Shown: piece by piece, positions 30,856-41,202 of the stretch
Layout: each line of letters starts with the position of its first letter
How positions within the stretch are numbered: position 1 is the stretch's first letter
Assembly: GCA_963822585.1 (NCBI GenBank)
Contig: CAWGIE010000007.1
Location: forward strand, 1-64,000
Origin: an uncultured bacterium
GTDB lineage: Bacteria; Auribacterota; Erginobacteria; Erginobacterales; Erginobacteraceae
Direction of reading: 5' to 3'
Length of the DNA stretch: 64,000 bases
Program-made: the position numbers and the translations under genes
The notes under the pieces: model-generated
Databases searched by the model: none
Told to the model about the DNA's origin: nothing
Seen by the model: only the letters and a program-made list of their open reading frames with translations

Positions 30856-31611
30856 ATGAATCATCTAATCAGCCAGTACCGTAACTTCTTAAAAGACTCC
30901 GTGCGACTGACCATCGATTTTTCGCGGACGGATCAGCACCGGGGCGTACCGCCGCCTCCGATCGAGAAATCGGTACCCCCGGAGGCAACGCCGATCGATC
31001 TGCCGAAAGATAAAAAGTGGGACGAGATCCCCGGGCTGGAACTCGTCACGGCCATCCGGAGAAGAAGAAGCTGCCGGAGATACAGCGGCGCCCCCCTCAC
31101 GCTGCGGGAGATCTCGTTTCTCCTCTGGGCCACCCAGGGGGTTGAAAAAAGGATCGGCCCGGGGACCGCTCTGCGGACGGTCCCTTCGGCCGGCTGTCGG
31201 CATGCCCTGGAGACCTACCTCTGCGCCCTGAATATAACCGGTCTGAAAGCGGGAGTCTACCGCTACCTCCCGCTGGAGCATCAACTCTTCTTCGAGTTCA
31301 GCGAAGAAAATCTGCCGGATAAAATTGCCGATGCCGCCCTCGGGCAGGATTTTCTGGGAACGGCGGCGGCGGTCTTCATCTGGACGGCCGTCCCCTACCG
31401 GATGGAATGGCGCTACGGTGCGGCCGCTCACAAGGTCATCCTGCTCGATGCCGGGCATGTCGGCCAGAATCTTTACCTGGCCTGCGAAGCCATCGAAGCC
31501 GGAACCTGCGCCGTCGCCGCCTATCACCAGGAAAAGATGGACCGTCTTCTGCGGGTTGATGGGGAAGACGAATTTGTCATTTACCTCGCCCCGGTCGGTA
31601 AAGTTAGGTGA
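30856..31611 (+). CDS. SagB/ThcOx-family nitroreductase-fold protein
   Basis: RRRSCR, RTVPSAG and LDAGHVGQNLYL. Confidence 0.88.
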   Translation: MNHLISQYRNFLKDSVRLTIDFSRTDQHRGVPPPPIEKSVPPEATPIDLPKDKKWDEIPGLELVTAIRRRRSCRRYSGAPLTLREISFLLWATQGVEKRIGPGTALRTVPSAGCRHALETYLCALNITGLKAGVYRYLPLEHQLFFEFSEENLPDKIADAALGQDFLGTAAAVFIWTAVPYRMEWRYGAAAHKVILLDAGHVGQNLYLACEAIEAGTCAVAAYHQEKMDRLLRVDGEDEFVIYLAPVGKVR

Positions 31612-31682
31612 CCGCGGTCAGACCACGGATCGTTATCCGATCGGTTAACGAGCATTATTCATAAGATGGAAAAGGAGGCTCG

Positions 31683-32261
31683 GTGAAAAAAACCCTGATT
31701 ATCGCGGTGTTGCTTCTTACCCCGTCAATCCTGGTCTACGGTCAAACAGCGGAAGTGAAACAAGTTGAATCCTTCTGGCCGAACGGGAACCTGAAGCTCC
31801 AGGGGTCAATGAAAAAACAGCCGAATGGGGAATTTGCCAAGGACGGCAAATTCGTCACCTGGTTCCAAAACGGCCAGAAGGAAACCGAGGAATCCTGGAA
31901 AGACGGCGTCCAGGGCGGCCGCGCAACCGCCTGGTATGACAACGGGGCTGTCCGCCAGGAGAACAACTACAAGGACGGGAAACGCGACGGGAAACAGGTC
32001 ACTTACTGGCCGAACGGAAAGAAAAAAATCGAGCAGACCTACCGGAACGGGCGGTTGAACGGCAAGGAAATACACTGGTATTCCAACGGGGAGAAGGAAC
32101 TGGAAGGAAGCTGGAAAGACGGCAAGCGCGACGGCTCCTGGACTACCTACGACCGGAACGGCAAGAAAAAAGAATCAAAGAGATACGAGATGGGCACGCT
32201 CTCTTCCAAGGGCCGTTCCCACGGCGGAGGAGACGGCGATGGGGGTTCCGACTCGGATTAA
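31683..32261 (+). CDS. Exported MORN-variant repeat protein (YwqK-like)
   Basis: Signal peptide plus repeated W/Y-x-NG-x-K...KDGKRDG units. Confidence 0.8.
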   Translation: MKKTLIIAVLLLTPSILVYGQTAEVKQVESFWPNGNLKLQGSMKKQPNGEFAKDGKFVTWFQNGQKETEESWKDGVQGGRATAWYDNGAVRQENNYKDGKRDGKQVTYWPNGKKKIEQTYRNGRLNGKEIHWYSNGEKELEGSWKDGKRDGSWTTYDRNGKKKESKRYEMGTLSSKGRSHGGGDGDGGSDSD

Positions 32262-32304
32262 TCCGGCAAAAATTCCTTACCCCTTACCCCTTACCCCTTA
32301 CCCC

Positions 32305-33132
32305 TTATCCCTGTATTGTATGCACGTCACGCTGCGGGAAGGGGATTGAATAGCCGGCCGCTTCCAGCGCGGTCTTGGCCTTGGCGTAGAAGTCGTTGAG
32401 GAGCGCTCCGTAGTCGTCGGGTTTGGTATAGACAAACATCTGGAAGTTGACGCTGGAATCGGCAAGCTCGCTCAGCCGGATGAAGGGGGCCGGATCTTTC
32501 AGGATCCGGCCTTCCTCGTTGATCAGCTTCTGCAGCACCTCCCAGGCCTTGTTCTGATCGTCGCCATAGCTTATCCCCACCGTGAAGATCGCCCGGCGGA
32601 ACGGGGCCTGGGTTAAATTGATGATTTTACTCCCCCAAACACTGGAATTCGGCAAATAGATAATCGGTCCGGCAAAATCTTTGATTTTGGTATTGATGAT
32701 GGTCAAATCCATCACGTTCCCCATCGTCCCGCCGATATCGACCGTATCCCCGACCTTGAAGGGGCGATAGATCAGGATCAGGAGACCCGAGGCCAGGTTG
32801 GAGAGCGAGTCCTTGAATGCGAACCCCAGGACCAATCCCCCGACCCCGATGCTGGCCACAAAGGGAGCGATCGAGATCCCCAGTTTCTCCAGGGCCATGA
32901 TCCCGGCCAGAACCAGTATCGCCATTTTTGCCGACCGGGTGGCCAGGATGATCAATGTCTTCTCATTTTTTAATTTTCCCCGCAGGAAAAGACGGGGTAT
33001 AACCTTCCCGACGGCATGGGCGACAATCAGCCCGACTACGAAGATAACAAAAGCGTAGGCAACACAGGCCAACACTTCCGGACCGGTTTTCTGAAGCCAA
33101 GTCACGAACGCGTTCACGTGTTCAGTGGGCAT
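32305..33132 (-). CDS. mscS: Small-conductance mechanosensitive channel family protein
   Basis: GFAFKDSLSNLASG, RPFKVGD, PNS and IPFPQRD. Confidence 0.9.
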   Translation of the reverse strand: MPTEHVNAFVTWLQKTGPEVLACVAYAFVIFVVGLIVAHAVGKVIPRLFLRGKLKNEKTLIILATRSAKMAILVLAGIMALEKLGISIAPFVASIGVGGLVLGFAFKDSLSNLASGLLILIYRPFKVGDTVDIGGTMGNVMDLTIINTKIKDFAGPIIYLPNSSVWGSKIINLTQAPFRRAIFTVGISYGDDQNKAWEVLQKLINEEGRILKDPAPFIRLSELADSSVNFQMFVYTKPDDYGALLNDFYAKAKTALEAAGYSIPFPQRDVHTIQG

Positions 33133-33326
33133 GGTACCTCCCTCCATATAACTCAGTCCTCTCGCGGTCCACTCAGATAAAATCAGGTCCCGGTAAAAGA
33201 GGAGCGATGGAGTATTGGAGTGCTGTATACCCCGTCCCCCATCACTCCGTCATTCTATCACTCCAATATTTCATTATTCAATTTTTTCTTTTTCCGATTG
33301 CTTTTTCAATGCGCCGGCCCGGGGGA

Positions 33327-34214
33327 TTATAGCCAGGTCTTGTACAGCGTCCAGACCCCGAGAACAGTGACCAGGACGCCGAGGCAGGGGCGCATCTTTT
33401 TCTCCGGAAATTTTTTTGTGATCATGGCTCCCAGCGGAGTCGCCATCACCGAACCGGCCAGGAGAGGAATGAAGACAATCCACTCCCTGACGATAGCATC
33501 CGATCCTTTCAGGAAACAATAAGCAATGAAACCGATGATGCAGATCGGTGCCTCGGCGGCGGTGGTTACCCCGATCGCGCGCTTATGGCCATGTCCGGCG
33601 ATGATCTGACCGGCGGTGACCACCGGCCCGAAGCCGCCCCCCGACATGCCCTTGTTGAAGGAGCTGAGTATCCCCACCCCGATCATCTTCCGCCACGAGA
33701 AGCGAAAACGCAGCCGGGAGAGGAGGATGAGCCCCATGGCGAGTACCAGTGCCCCGATATAAGTTTTCAGCGCTTTCCGGGAGATCTCCGTAGCCAGGAT
33801 GGCCGCCCCGACAACAGCCACGATCCCCAGAACGGTGATTAAGATAACAATTCTGCCGTCGCGGGAGTGCCGGCTCAGGCTGACATTTTCAAAGCGGTGA
33901 TGAAAAATGGACGCGGTGAAACCTCCGAAGGATTGCGAGATAAGAATGGAGGGGACGACCACCAGGGGGGGGAACCCCATCAGGATCAGTACTGGGGAGA
34001 GGATGGTCCCGTACCCCATGCCCAGCGATGAATCGATCATCTCGGCCACGAAGGCCATCGCCATGAGAAGAAAGAACATCCCGGAAAAGCCGGCATTCCC
34101 GCCGTGTGTTTTTCCGTACGACCTCGCGGTTTCCGGGGAGAAGGCAAGGTACGCGCTGACAATGAGAAGTATCAGGCAGAATACCGCGTAGTAGAGTAAG
34201 CCCCTTTTCACCAT
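33327..34214 (-). CDS. Sulfite exporter TauE/SafE family protein
   Basis: DSSLGMGYGT and GGGFGP repeats; hydrophobic; start uncertain. Confidence 0.8.
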   Translation of the reverse strand: MVKRGLLYYAVFCLILLIVSAYLAFSPETARSYGKTHGGNAGFSGMFFLLMAMAFVAEMIDSSLGMGYGTILSPVLILMGFPPLVVVPSILISQSFGGFTASIFHHRFENVSLSRHSRDGRIVILITVLGIVAVVGAAILATEISRKALKTYIGALVLAMGLILLSRLRFRFSWRKMIGVGILSSFNKGMSGGGFGPVVTAGQIIAGHGHKRAIGVTTAAEAPICIIGFIAYCFLKGSDAIVREWIVFIPLLAGSVMATPLGAMITKKFPEKKMRPCLGVLVTVLGVWTLYKTWL

Positions 34215-34355
34215 GTATGTTTTTAACAAAGATCGTTATGATTGCATTGAGGCAATACCTGTAACTTGAAATACTTCTGCAGTGTTGCTTCAATGCTTGC
34301 ACATTCTTATTTTTCCGCCCCGCCCCGAAGTTTTCATCGGGGAAGAAAAATAAGA

Positions 34356-34580
34356 TTAGAGATAGCCGAGTTGACGGAGCTTTTCCTTTATCTGCTCGAT
34401 TTCCCGCCGGTCCCAGACCCGTTCGGCCCCCGAAGCCAGTTTCGGTGTTGAAGCGATATCGCGGAGAATATACACGATAAAATCGGTTACCGAATCGAAT
34501 CCGGAATCTTCTATCAGGATCTTGAGATTATTGTAGAGGTTCCTCGGGATCTTGATCGTCGCCTTGTTGTCTTTTTTCAT
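34356..34580 (-). CDS. CopG/RHH-type DNA-binding protein
   Basis: TIKIPRNLY...GFDSVTDFIVYILR...LRQLGYL; GGAGG RBS. Confidence 0.75.
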   Translation of the reverse strand: MKKDNKATIKIPRNLYNNLKILIEDSGFDSVTDFIVYILRDIASTPKLASGAERVWDRREIEQIKEKLRQLGYL

Positions 34581-34831
34581 GATAAATCCTCCAGCACTCT
34601 TATATGAGTGCAGACTAATCCAACCGCCGGTAACGGTCAAGGGAAGAATAACGAATAAAGTTATCAGTGGCCGGCGCAGGCTGAAGCCTGCGGCTACCTA
34701 ACGGGACGAGGCACGGCTCAATCAGAGTCCCCGCAAAGTGCCTTCGGCACCGCGGGGTAAAAATCTGTGAAAACTTGTGGTGAGCGAAGTCGAATCCATC
34801 TGTGGACCAAAAAGGGACCGCGGAGGGGGAA

Positions 34832-35404
34832 CTATGCGCTTGCTTCCCGGAGCGCGCGGGCGCGCCGTTCGCGATCCAGCTCGGCTTCTTTCGCCAGTAC
34901 CCTCTGCATCGGGGGGGGGATCTCCATATCCTTCAGGGCGACAAATTCTATCTTCAGCCCCCAGGGAGCCGTGATCTCTTCGATAATCTGCCGGGCGGCC
35001 CGGTTGAGAGTGCCGCGGTCTTTGAGGACCTCGTCCAGGCAGTGCTGGCCGATCACGTTCCTCAGAATGGTCAGGGCTGCCTGGTAGGCTGCTGTCTGGT
35101 AGTCTTTAATAGCGATGATAGCTTTCCCTGGGTCCAGCACCCGGTAATAAAGGACGGCGTTTATTCTGACAATGACGCTGTCCCGGGTCACTGCTTCCTG
35201 AGTCTCGAGGTCCACTGTGATTGTCCGGATGTCCACGCGCACTTTCTGGTCGATCAGGGGGATGATCCAGTAGAGCCCGGGACCTTTGATCCGCCGGAAA
35301 CGCCCCAGGCGAAAGATGACGCTTCGCTGATACTCCCGGTCCATGCGCAGACCGGCCAGAATCACCAGCAGAATAACACCGATCCCGATCAACACGAATA
35401 TCAT
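34832..35404 (-). CDS. SPFH/stomatin-family protein (short C-terminus)
   Basis: EYQRSVIFRLG, GPGL, VDIR and TRDS. Confidence 0.85.
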   Translation of the reverse strand: MIFVLIGIGVILLVILAGLRMDREYQRSVIFRLGRFRRIKGPGLYWIIPLIDQKVRVDIRTITVDLETQEAVTRDSVIVRINAVLYYRVLDPGKAIIAIKDYQTAAYQAALTILRNVIGQHCLDEVLKDRGTLNRAARQIIEEITAPWGLKIEFVALKDMEIPPPMQRVLAKEAELDRERRARALREASA

Positions 35405-35544
35405 CAATGGCCTCCTTTTTAATCCACCAGCGCCGGGCCGGGATAGCGGGCTCCCGGTCACCAGGCGGTATTCCCGTCAGGATATAAACAATATACTATG
35501 CCGATTACTTATCCGCAACTTCCCGGCCGGCCGGGGATGTCATT

Positions 35545-36480
35545 TTACTCCCTGCCGAAATGGCCCAGAACCCGCAAGGCCCGCAGGGTATTCCATCGGC
35601 TGGGGCGCCCCGTTTTCTCCATCTCAAAATGAACCTGGCCCGGGTGCTTCATCTGTAACGGCCAGCGGCCGTCTTGGCGCCGTTTTGCCAGCAGGACCTC
35701 CATCGCGTCGCCCATTCTTTCATCGTATCCGGCCCCCGCGGCCCGGAAATAATCCAGCGCCCGCAGGATATCGTATCTCCACCGGTGAGGGTAGGAGAGG
35801 AGGAGCATCTTGCGGTCGATGATTTCACCGGTACGGTGAGATCGAAAAAGCCGGTGTTCCAGAATGAATTCCTCCCCCTCCCTGCGAGCGGATTCGATCT
35901 CCCCTATCCGGTAACCGCCTCCCCGTTGACCGTATTCGAGAAATCCCTCCAGCACACTGACGGTTGTATGCAGGGAACTGTGGCGGGCGCCGTTGACCCA
36001 CTGACAGTTCCATCCCCCGTCGTCCATCTGTGTTCGGAGCAGGCAATCAATCAGGGAATTCAATTCTTTGCCGGTAAACCCAAAATAGGAAGCGATGCCG
36101 GCCACCATGCCGTTGATGCACACGTCGCTCCGCTTGAGTGTCCGGGAATAATTGACCCCGCCGTCCTGCTCCATGGTTTCGGCGAATATCTTCCGGATGA
36201 TTTTCCCGGCATTCTTATTGTCCCGCGGAAGCCCGATGTTCTTGAGGTCGAGGAGGGTATAGTGAGTCGATGTCCATTTCGGCTGGTAGAATCCTCTCCC
36301 CCAATGCCCGTCCTCCCGCTGGAGGCGGAGAAACCGTCTCCCCCATCCCTCGGTGGTGATCCGTTTTTGCAGATCCGGGCATGTAACGCGGCCGGAATGC
36401 AGCAAATCCCGGTGGACCTGGTACTGGATCGAGACATCGCCGTCGAGAAGCCAGCCGATAATTTTCTTCTCTCCGGTCAT
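35545..36480 (-). CDS. Prenyltransferase/squalene-cyclase-fold hypothetical protein
   Basis: QW-like repeats (QREDGHW, QMDDGGWNC, RRQDGRW) and SRWNTLRALRVL. Confidence 0.65.
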   Translation of the reverse strand: MTGEKKIIGWLLDGDVSIQYQVHRDLLHSGRVTCPDLQKRITTEGWGRRFLRLQREDGHWGRGFYQPKWTSTHYTLLDLKNIGLPRDNKNAGKIIRKIFAETMEQDGGVNYSRTLKRSDVCINGMVAGIASYFGFTGKELNSLIDCLLRTQMDDGGWNCQWVNGARHSSLHTTVSVLEGFLEYGQRGGGYRIGEIESARREGEEFILEHRLFRSHRTGEIIDRKMLLLSYPHRWRYDILRALDYFRAAGAGYDERMGDAMEVLLAKRRQDGRWPLQMKHPGQVHFEMEKTGRPSRWNTLRALRVLGHFGRE

Positions 36481-36532
36481 TTACTTCGTTTTCCTTTTTG
36501 TGCTTTTAGGACGTTCATTGAATTGGTAGCCG

Positions 36533-37624
36533 TTCGAGTAGGCTGGGGCCTCCCCTGACTACAGGATGAAGTTTGTTTTCTCCGTTTGCCGCCTGGTTTC
36601 CCGGCGGTGCCCCAATATCTCATCCATACCAGAGTTGTTCCCCAGCCCCTCACAGAACCGGACAAGCGGCTTTCCCACATCCGGCTCCTCGGTTTGCCAT
36701 TCAGTAAGCCTCCGCTCTACGACACGGGTTCAGGTCTTTGCGGATACCCGCTCTCGGCCAGTCCAACCATTGTAAAACCTGATTGAACCCTTCCCAGGTA
36801 TATCCCTTCCGCTGGCTTTTGCGGTTAAGCCAGTTGAACAGTATCCTGTTTGCGTAAAAGATATACCTGCCGCAATGCTTCGCGTTATCCGTGATGGCGT
36901 AGTAGTTCAGGTGCCCGTTAATGCGGACTTTGGCCTGGCGTAACATCTCCACCTTCCTCAGCCTGTTCCGGGCCTTCATTGCCCAGCTCGTAAACCTATG
37001 CAGACTATCCCCGAACTTCTTGCGGCTCGTGCGGCGTTTCACCTTGAAGTAGCCATTCCTGGTCTTCCCGCAATAATGGGTAAAACCCAGAAAGGTGAAC
37101 TCCTCCGGCTTCCCGCCTCGTTTATTAGCATCTTCACGAGCATATCGTCCAAACTCGATACACCGAGTCTTTCCCTTGGCCAGTCTCAACCCGAACTTAT
37201 TCAATCGGTCCGGCAACTGCTGCAGAAACGCCTCGGCATCGTCTCGATATTGGAAACACGCAAGAAAGTCATCGGCGAAGCGAAAATAATATGCCCCGCC
37301 CCGGAAATGTTTCCCGGCTTTGTACCTGAACCACAGATCCAGCACATAATGGAGGTAAATGTTGGACAGCAGCGGCGATAATATCGACCCTTGCGACGTC
37401 CCGGTCTCCGTTGCTCTGACCAGTCCGTCTTCCATGATCCCGCCCTTCAGCATCCGGCTTATCAGTCTGATGATCCGGGGGTCTCCAATCCGATATTGTA
37501 GAAACGTGATCATCCATTCGCGATTGACCTTGTCGAAGAATCTTTCAATGTCGGCCTCAACCACATATTTGACCCGCTTCTGTTGGATCGTCCTCCCTAA
37601 ATCATGCAGCATTGCCAGGTTACC
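36533..37624 (-). mobile_element. 5'-truncated group II intron
   Basis: Domain V GAGCCGGATGTGGGAAAGCCGCTTGTCCGGTTC (about 36655-36687), domain VI, 3' end CCTACTCGAA(C); RT ORF lacks its N-terminus. Confidence 0.88.
36701..37612 (-). pseudogene. Group II intron reverse transcriptase/maturase, N-terminally truncated
   Basis: EADIERFFD, GTSQGSILSPLLSNIYL, RFADD, FLGFT, X domain GHLNYY; RT0-RT2 missing. Confidence 0.88.
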
Positions 37625-37667
37625 CAGGCTTTAGCCTGCGCACCCTAAAGGGTGCGGCTACCTAAAA

Positions 37668-37997
37668 TTAACGAGAAGGATAATAAACGGCCAGCCAGAT
37701 AGTCTCCCGGCCGGGTGCCGTCCGGACGACCCGGTGCCGCTTGTGCGCGGGGATCGTCAGGTAATCCCCCATCCCCATTTTCACGGTCTCATTCCCTTCC
37801 TCGAAGAGGAGTTCCGCCTCGCCGCTCACCAGGAACACGAATTCATCCTCCTCCTGGTCGTACCAGAATCCCTCCGGCGAGCGGTGTCCCCGGGAAACGA
37901 TCCTCTCGATACGAACTTTTTTGTTGCCGGAAATAATTTCGACCAGTTCGTCGGATAGCTCTCGGGGTATATCGGATTGAATATTCCCTTTTATCAT
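37668..37997 (-). CDS. Cupin-domain protein
   Basis: RIERIVSRGH, WYDQEEDE and IPAHKRHRV. Confidence 0.85.
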   Translation of the reverse strand: MIKGNIQSDIPRELSDELVEIISGNKKVRIERIVSRGHRSPEGFWYDQEEDEFVFLVSGEAELLFEEGNETVKMGMGDYLTIPAHKRHRVVRTAPGRETIWLAVYYPSR

Positions 37998-38094
37998 TGG
38001 AAGTATTGTTATGTGTTGACGGGGAAATAGAGTATAATATGTACTCACTTTAATTCACACCATTATCGCGCAACCACCGCGGGAGGTGAATACG

Positions 38095-38208
38095 ATGGCC
38101 AAGACCAGAGATACCAAAAAAGACGCCAAGAAGAAACCCCAGAAGACGATGAAAGAAAGGCGTCAGGAGAAACGGGAGAAAAAAGAGAAAAAATATTCCT
38201 ACTCCTGA
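38095..38208 (+). CDS. 37-aa Lys-rich small protein (not in the ORF track)
   Basis: GGAGGTGA RBS; MAKTRDTKKDAKKKPQKTMKERRQEKREKKEKKYSYS. Confidence 0.7.
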   Translation: MAKTRDTKKDAKKKPQKTMKERRQEKREKKEKKYSYS

Positions 38209-38330
38209 TACTTCCGGTACCAGGAGAATCAAAACAACCTCCGGAACAGCGAGAGGAGGTTGCGCGAATACGACGATCCCCGATGTTTTTTACGCTGCTC
38301 AAGATATACGGGAATCGACGCGGCAGCGGT

Positions 38331-39002
38331 TCAGAACAGGGAGTAGACAGTGCTTGCTCCGGCTTGTTTTGTGATAATAATCGCCCCCTCTCCGACAAAA
38401 GCGCATTCCGCCCGCCAGCGGTCGGCCAGCCATTGGAAAGTCTCCGGGCGGAAAAAGCACACGTGCGTGGGATCGCCAATGTAGTGCCAGCAGGCGAACT
38501 TATCTATTCCCGGAGCCAGGCCGGTCATCACCCCCAGGATTCCCCCCGGCTTCAGGCAGCTCCATAACCGGGCCAGTTCCCGCCCGGGGTGATGCAGGTG
38601 TTCCAGCACCTCGGTGGCGGTGATGAAATCATACTCTCCTTCCAACGCGGAGGGGTTCGGGGCATAAAAAGGATCATAGAGGACCACGCTGTGTCCCGCT
38701 TCTTCGAACAGGGCCGAGAGTGTCGGTCCCGGTCCGGACCCGAAATCAAGACCCCGGCTGCCCGGCGCCAGGCGAGCCTGGAGGGGGAGGAAGAGGCGGC
38801 TCAGGAACCGCCGGTACCCCGGATCCTCCGGATTATTCTGATGCAGGTCATACCGGGCTTTCTCCTCTCCCCCGGTAGGAAGCTGATTGGGGGGAATAAA
38901 AATCAGGCCGCAGTCACGGCACCGGTGATAGTCACGCCGGGGACCGGAATAAAATCTCTCCGATTTTTTCCCTCCGCATAACGGGCAATCCGGGTTTTTC
39001 AT
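38331..39002 (-). CDS. Class I SAM methyltransferase with an N-terminal Zn-ribbon
   Basis: CPLC...CRDC, LDFGSGPG, EVLEH and LKPGG. Confidence 0.85.
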   Translation of the reverse strand: MKNPDCPLCGGKKSERFYSGPRRDYHRCRDCGLIFIPPNQLPTGGEEKARYDLHQNNPEDPGYRRFLSRLFLPLQARLAPGSRGLDFGSGPGPTLSALFEEAGHSVVLYDPFYAPNPSALEGEYDFITATEVLEHLHHPGRELARLWSCLKPGGILGVMTGLAPGIDKFACWHYIGDPTHVCFFRPETFQWLADRWRAECAFVGEGAIIITKQAGASTVYSLF

Positions 39003-39805
39003 TCCGCCTGTCGTCCCCGGCCCGGGAAAGGCGCGGCATCCGTCTTCTCGACGGCCCGTCTCACCCATTCCCGGGAGGGATTACAGACAATATAAAGAAC
39101 GGGGGCCAGCAATATCGATAACCCCGCCAGTATCTTGCTGAACGTATTGGTCCCTTCGTCCGTGAACGGGTTATAGCCATGGGTGTAGAGGAGGAGGAAG
39201 ATGATACAGAGCGATCCCCCCAGCAGGACCCTCCGGCCGGCCGTTGTCCGGATCGGGGCGAAGACATAGATCCTGATCATCGTATACCGCAGAAGCCGGT
39301 AGAGACACATGAAGACCAGAATGGTCCCGGGGATAAAGACCAGCCAGGGCGAGATGCCCAGACCGTGAACAAACCTCCCGATATCGCCCTCGCTGGAGAA
39401 GGTGTCCAGGGGGATGTATCCGAAGATGGCCATCATGTTGAGGACGCAGGACCAGAAGAAGGCGGAGAGGACCCATGGATTCCTGACGCCGTATCTCCGG
39501 TTGAGCGAAAAGAGGGAAAAGAAAAAGAGGATGGCGGTGACCGTGAAACCGCTGATCCCGATCAGCGCCGCCCGGAGGCCCTGGCCCGCGGCCAGGATAT
39601 CGTCGTAGGGAACGGCCTCGTCCGCGTGGAGGAGAAAACAGCCGCCGTAGCGGATGGTAAAAGGGCTCGGTTTATAGCCGAAGAGCCAGGCGGTGGTTCC
39701 ATGTCCCCATTCATGAAGAAGGACGATGGCGTAATAGACAAGCGGCAGGGAGATGACCAGGGCCAGAAAAACCGTCAAAGATTTTCTTTCCTTCGCCGCC
39801 ATCAC
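38999..39805 (-). CDS. Membrane protein with HExxH (M50 peptidase-like)
   Basis: LLHEWGH within a TM segment; later GD motif. Confidence 0.55.
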   Translation of the reverse strand: MMAAKERKSLTVFLALVISLPLVYYAIVLLHEWGHGTTAWLFGYKPSPFTIRYGGCFLLHADEAVPYDDILAAGQGLRAALIGISGFTVTAILFFFSLFSLNRRYGVRNPWVLSAFFWSCVLNMMAIFGYIPLDTFSSEGDIGRFVHGLGISPWLVFIPGTILVFMCLYRLLRYTMIRIYVFAPIRTTAGRRVLLGGSLCIIFLLLYTHGYNPFTDEGTNTFSKILAGLSILLAPVLYIVCNPSREWVRRAVEKTDAAPFPGRGRQAE

Positions 39806-39887
39806 GGTTCCTTCTCCGGGTTATCTCGTATCACGCGGTAATGGAAGCGAGGTGCCCACCCGGTTCATCCCGGATATCCTCGCTTGA

Positions 39888-40343
39888 TCATAATTTTAGC
39901 TCGGGATGGTCTTTCAGAATTTTATTCGTGATCAACGCAACCAATTCTTTCGACTGCTGCAGGGTGTTCCGGAGTTCTCTGGAAGACATCGAGAAAATTG
40001 CCTGGTACTCGAATTTGTTCCTCGTTCTCCGCAGTCTATCGTATGAGGTGAGCAGGCCTTCCGTCTTTTTCCCGAGTGTTCGTCTTACTCCTTCCAATAC
40101 TCCCGCATGTTGTCTGCGATCTCCAGGTCGAAATCCCTGGAGTCGTAAAAGAGCATTGGCCGCGTGAAAGATGCTTTAATAAATAAGATCCATGGCCGCG
40201 GCCTCGTCATGTGTTAACAGCAATTCCGCCGTTCGGAGATCCCGGGCGGCGCGTTTTAAAAGACGCTCGGCCTGATCGGACCCGTTCCCGGCAACCGGTT
40301 TAAGCTGGCTGCTTCTTATTAAGTCTTCGTAATTCCCGCTCAT
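39888..40343 (-). pseudogene. HEPN-domain gene with an in-frame TAA at 40176-40178
   Basis: Continuous frame ...AARDLRTA...DLIY*SIFHAANALL...RNKFEY; overlaps the MNT gene. Confidence 0.75.
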
Positions 40344-40908
40344 TGCCCTTGAGAATAATCATTGGTGATGAAAGCACATTCTCCACAAAACTCTCCCGTC
40401 GGCGAGCCTTTTCCGCCCATTCCTCTATCGGGTAATAGTTCCAGTTAATCTCCCGGTTGAGCGTATGTTCCAGAGCCGCTATCTTATTTTGAAGACCGGC
40501 AACATCACATTCCGGATCTTGAACGAGAAGCATGAGATCGACATCCGAATCCATGGAAGCGGAGGCGGAAGCAAACGAACCATAGATAAACGCAAAAGAA
40601 ACGTCTGGTTCGGATTCGAATATTTTTTTCAATTGCTCGGGGAGACCAATGGTCTTTAATACTACTCCCTTGAATTCTTCATAAAGCCCATATTCTTTAT
40701 TGAGCGAGAAAAATTTCTGGCGGCCAATTTCTTCAACCCGGAAGAATCCATCACCGGAAAGCCGCTTGAGTTCACGCGAGAGATTTCCCGGGTCTTCGTT
40801 GAGGCGTCCGGCCAGATCGCGGAGATGGATCCTGGTTTCCGGGTTGGTAAAAAAGTAGACCAGCAGCTTGGCCCGGAGCTTTGATCTGGATATATCCAAT
40901 GCTCTCAT
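40300..40908 (-). CDS. wHTH plus minimal nucleotidyltransferase (MNT)
   Basis: N-terminal HTH; YGSFAS...SDVDLM. Confidence 0.85.
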   Translation of the reverse strand: MRALDISRSKLRAKLLVYFFTNPETRIHLRDLAGRLNEDPGNLSRELKRLSGDGFFRVEEIGRQKFFSLNKEYGLYEEFKGVVLKTIGLPEQLKKIFESEPDVSFAFIYGSFASASASMDSDVDLMLLVQDPECDVAGLQNKIAALEHTLNREINWNYYPIEEWAEKARRRESFVENVLSSPMIILKGNERELRRLNKKQPA

Positions 40909-40950
40909 TGTTGTAATATTTTACAACATTTGTTGTATTATTCAACAACA
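40909..40950. promoter_or_regulatory. Tandem palindromic operator candidates
   Basis: TGTTGTAATATTTTACAACA and TGTTGTATTATTCAACAACA directly before the ATG of a wHTH gene. Confidence 0.55.
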
Positions 40951-41202
40951 ATTACATACTCACTATGGCACCATCCTGATCGATAATAGCCAACGATAAC
41001 CCCGGTGAATATTCCAACCGACTGAAGTGGTCACAATTTGCGTCCACCTCATGTCTATTAGTCGTCCGGAGATGTAATTTTATTCCTTATTATTACGGAA
41101 AATGTGAAGGATAAATGATGGAATGGATATCAGAAACACAATGGAGGATGCCGGGAAAAATGGATAATGAGCATCGAACGAAGACGAAGGTCCGGATGCG
41201 CC

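Noticed and set aside
30856..31611. RiPP (azole) biosynthetic cluster
   Set aside because: No YcaO, precursor peptide or dedicated transporter is nearby; stand-alone SagB-like genes are common.
31683..32261. YwqK antitoxin of a TA or polymorphic toxin pair
   Set aside because: No adjacent toxin gene; only a generic MORN-like repeat with a signal peptide is supported.
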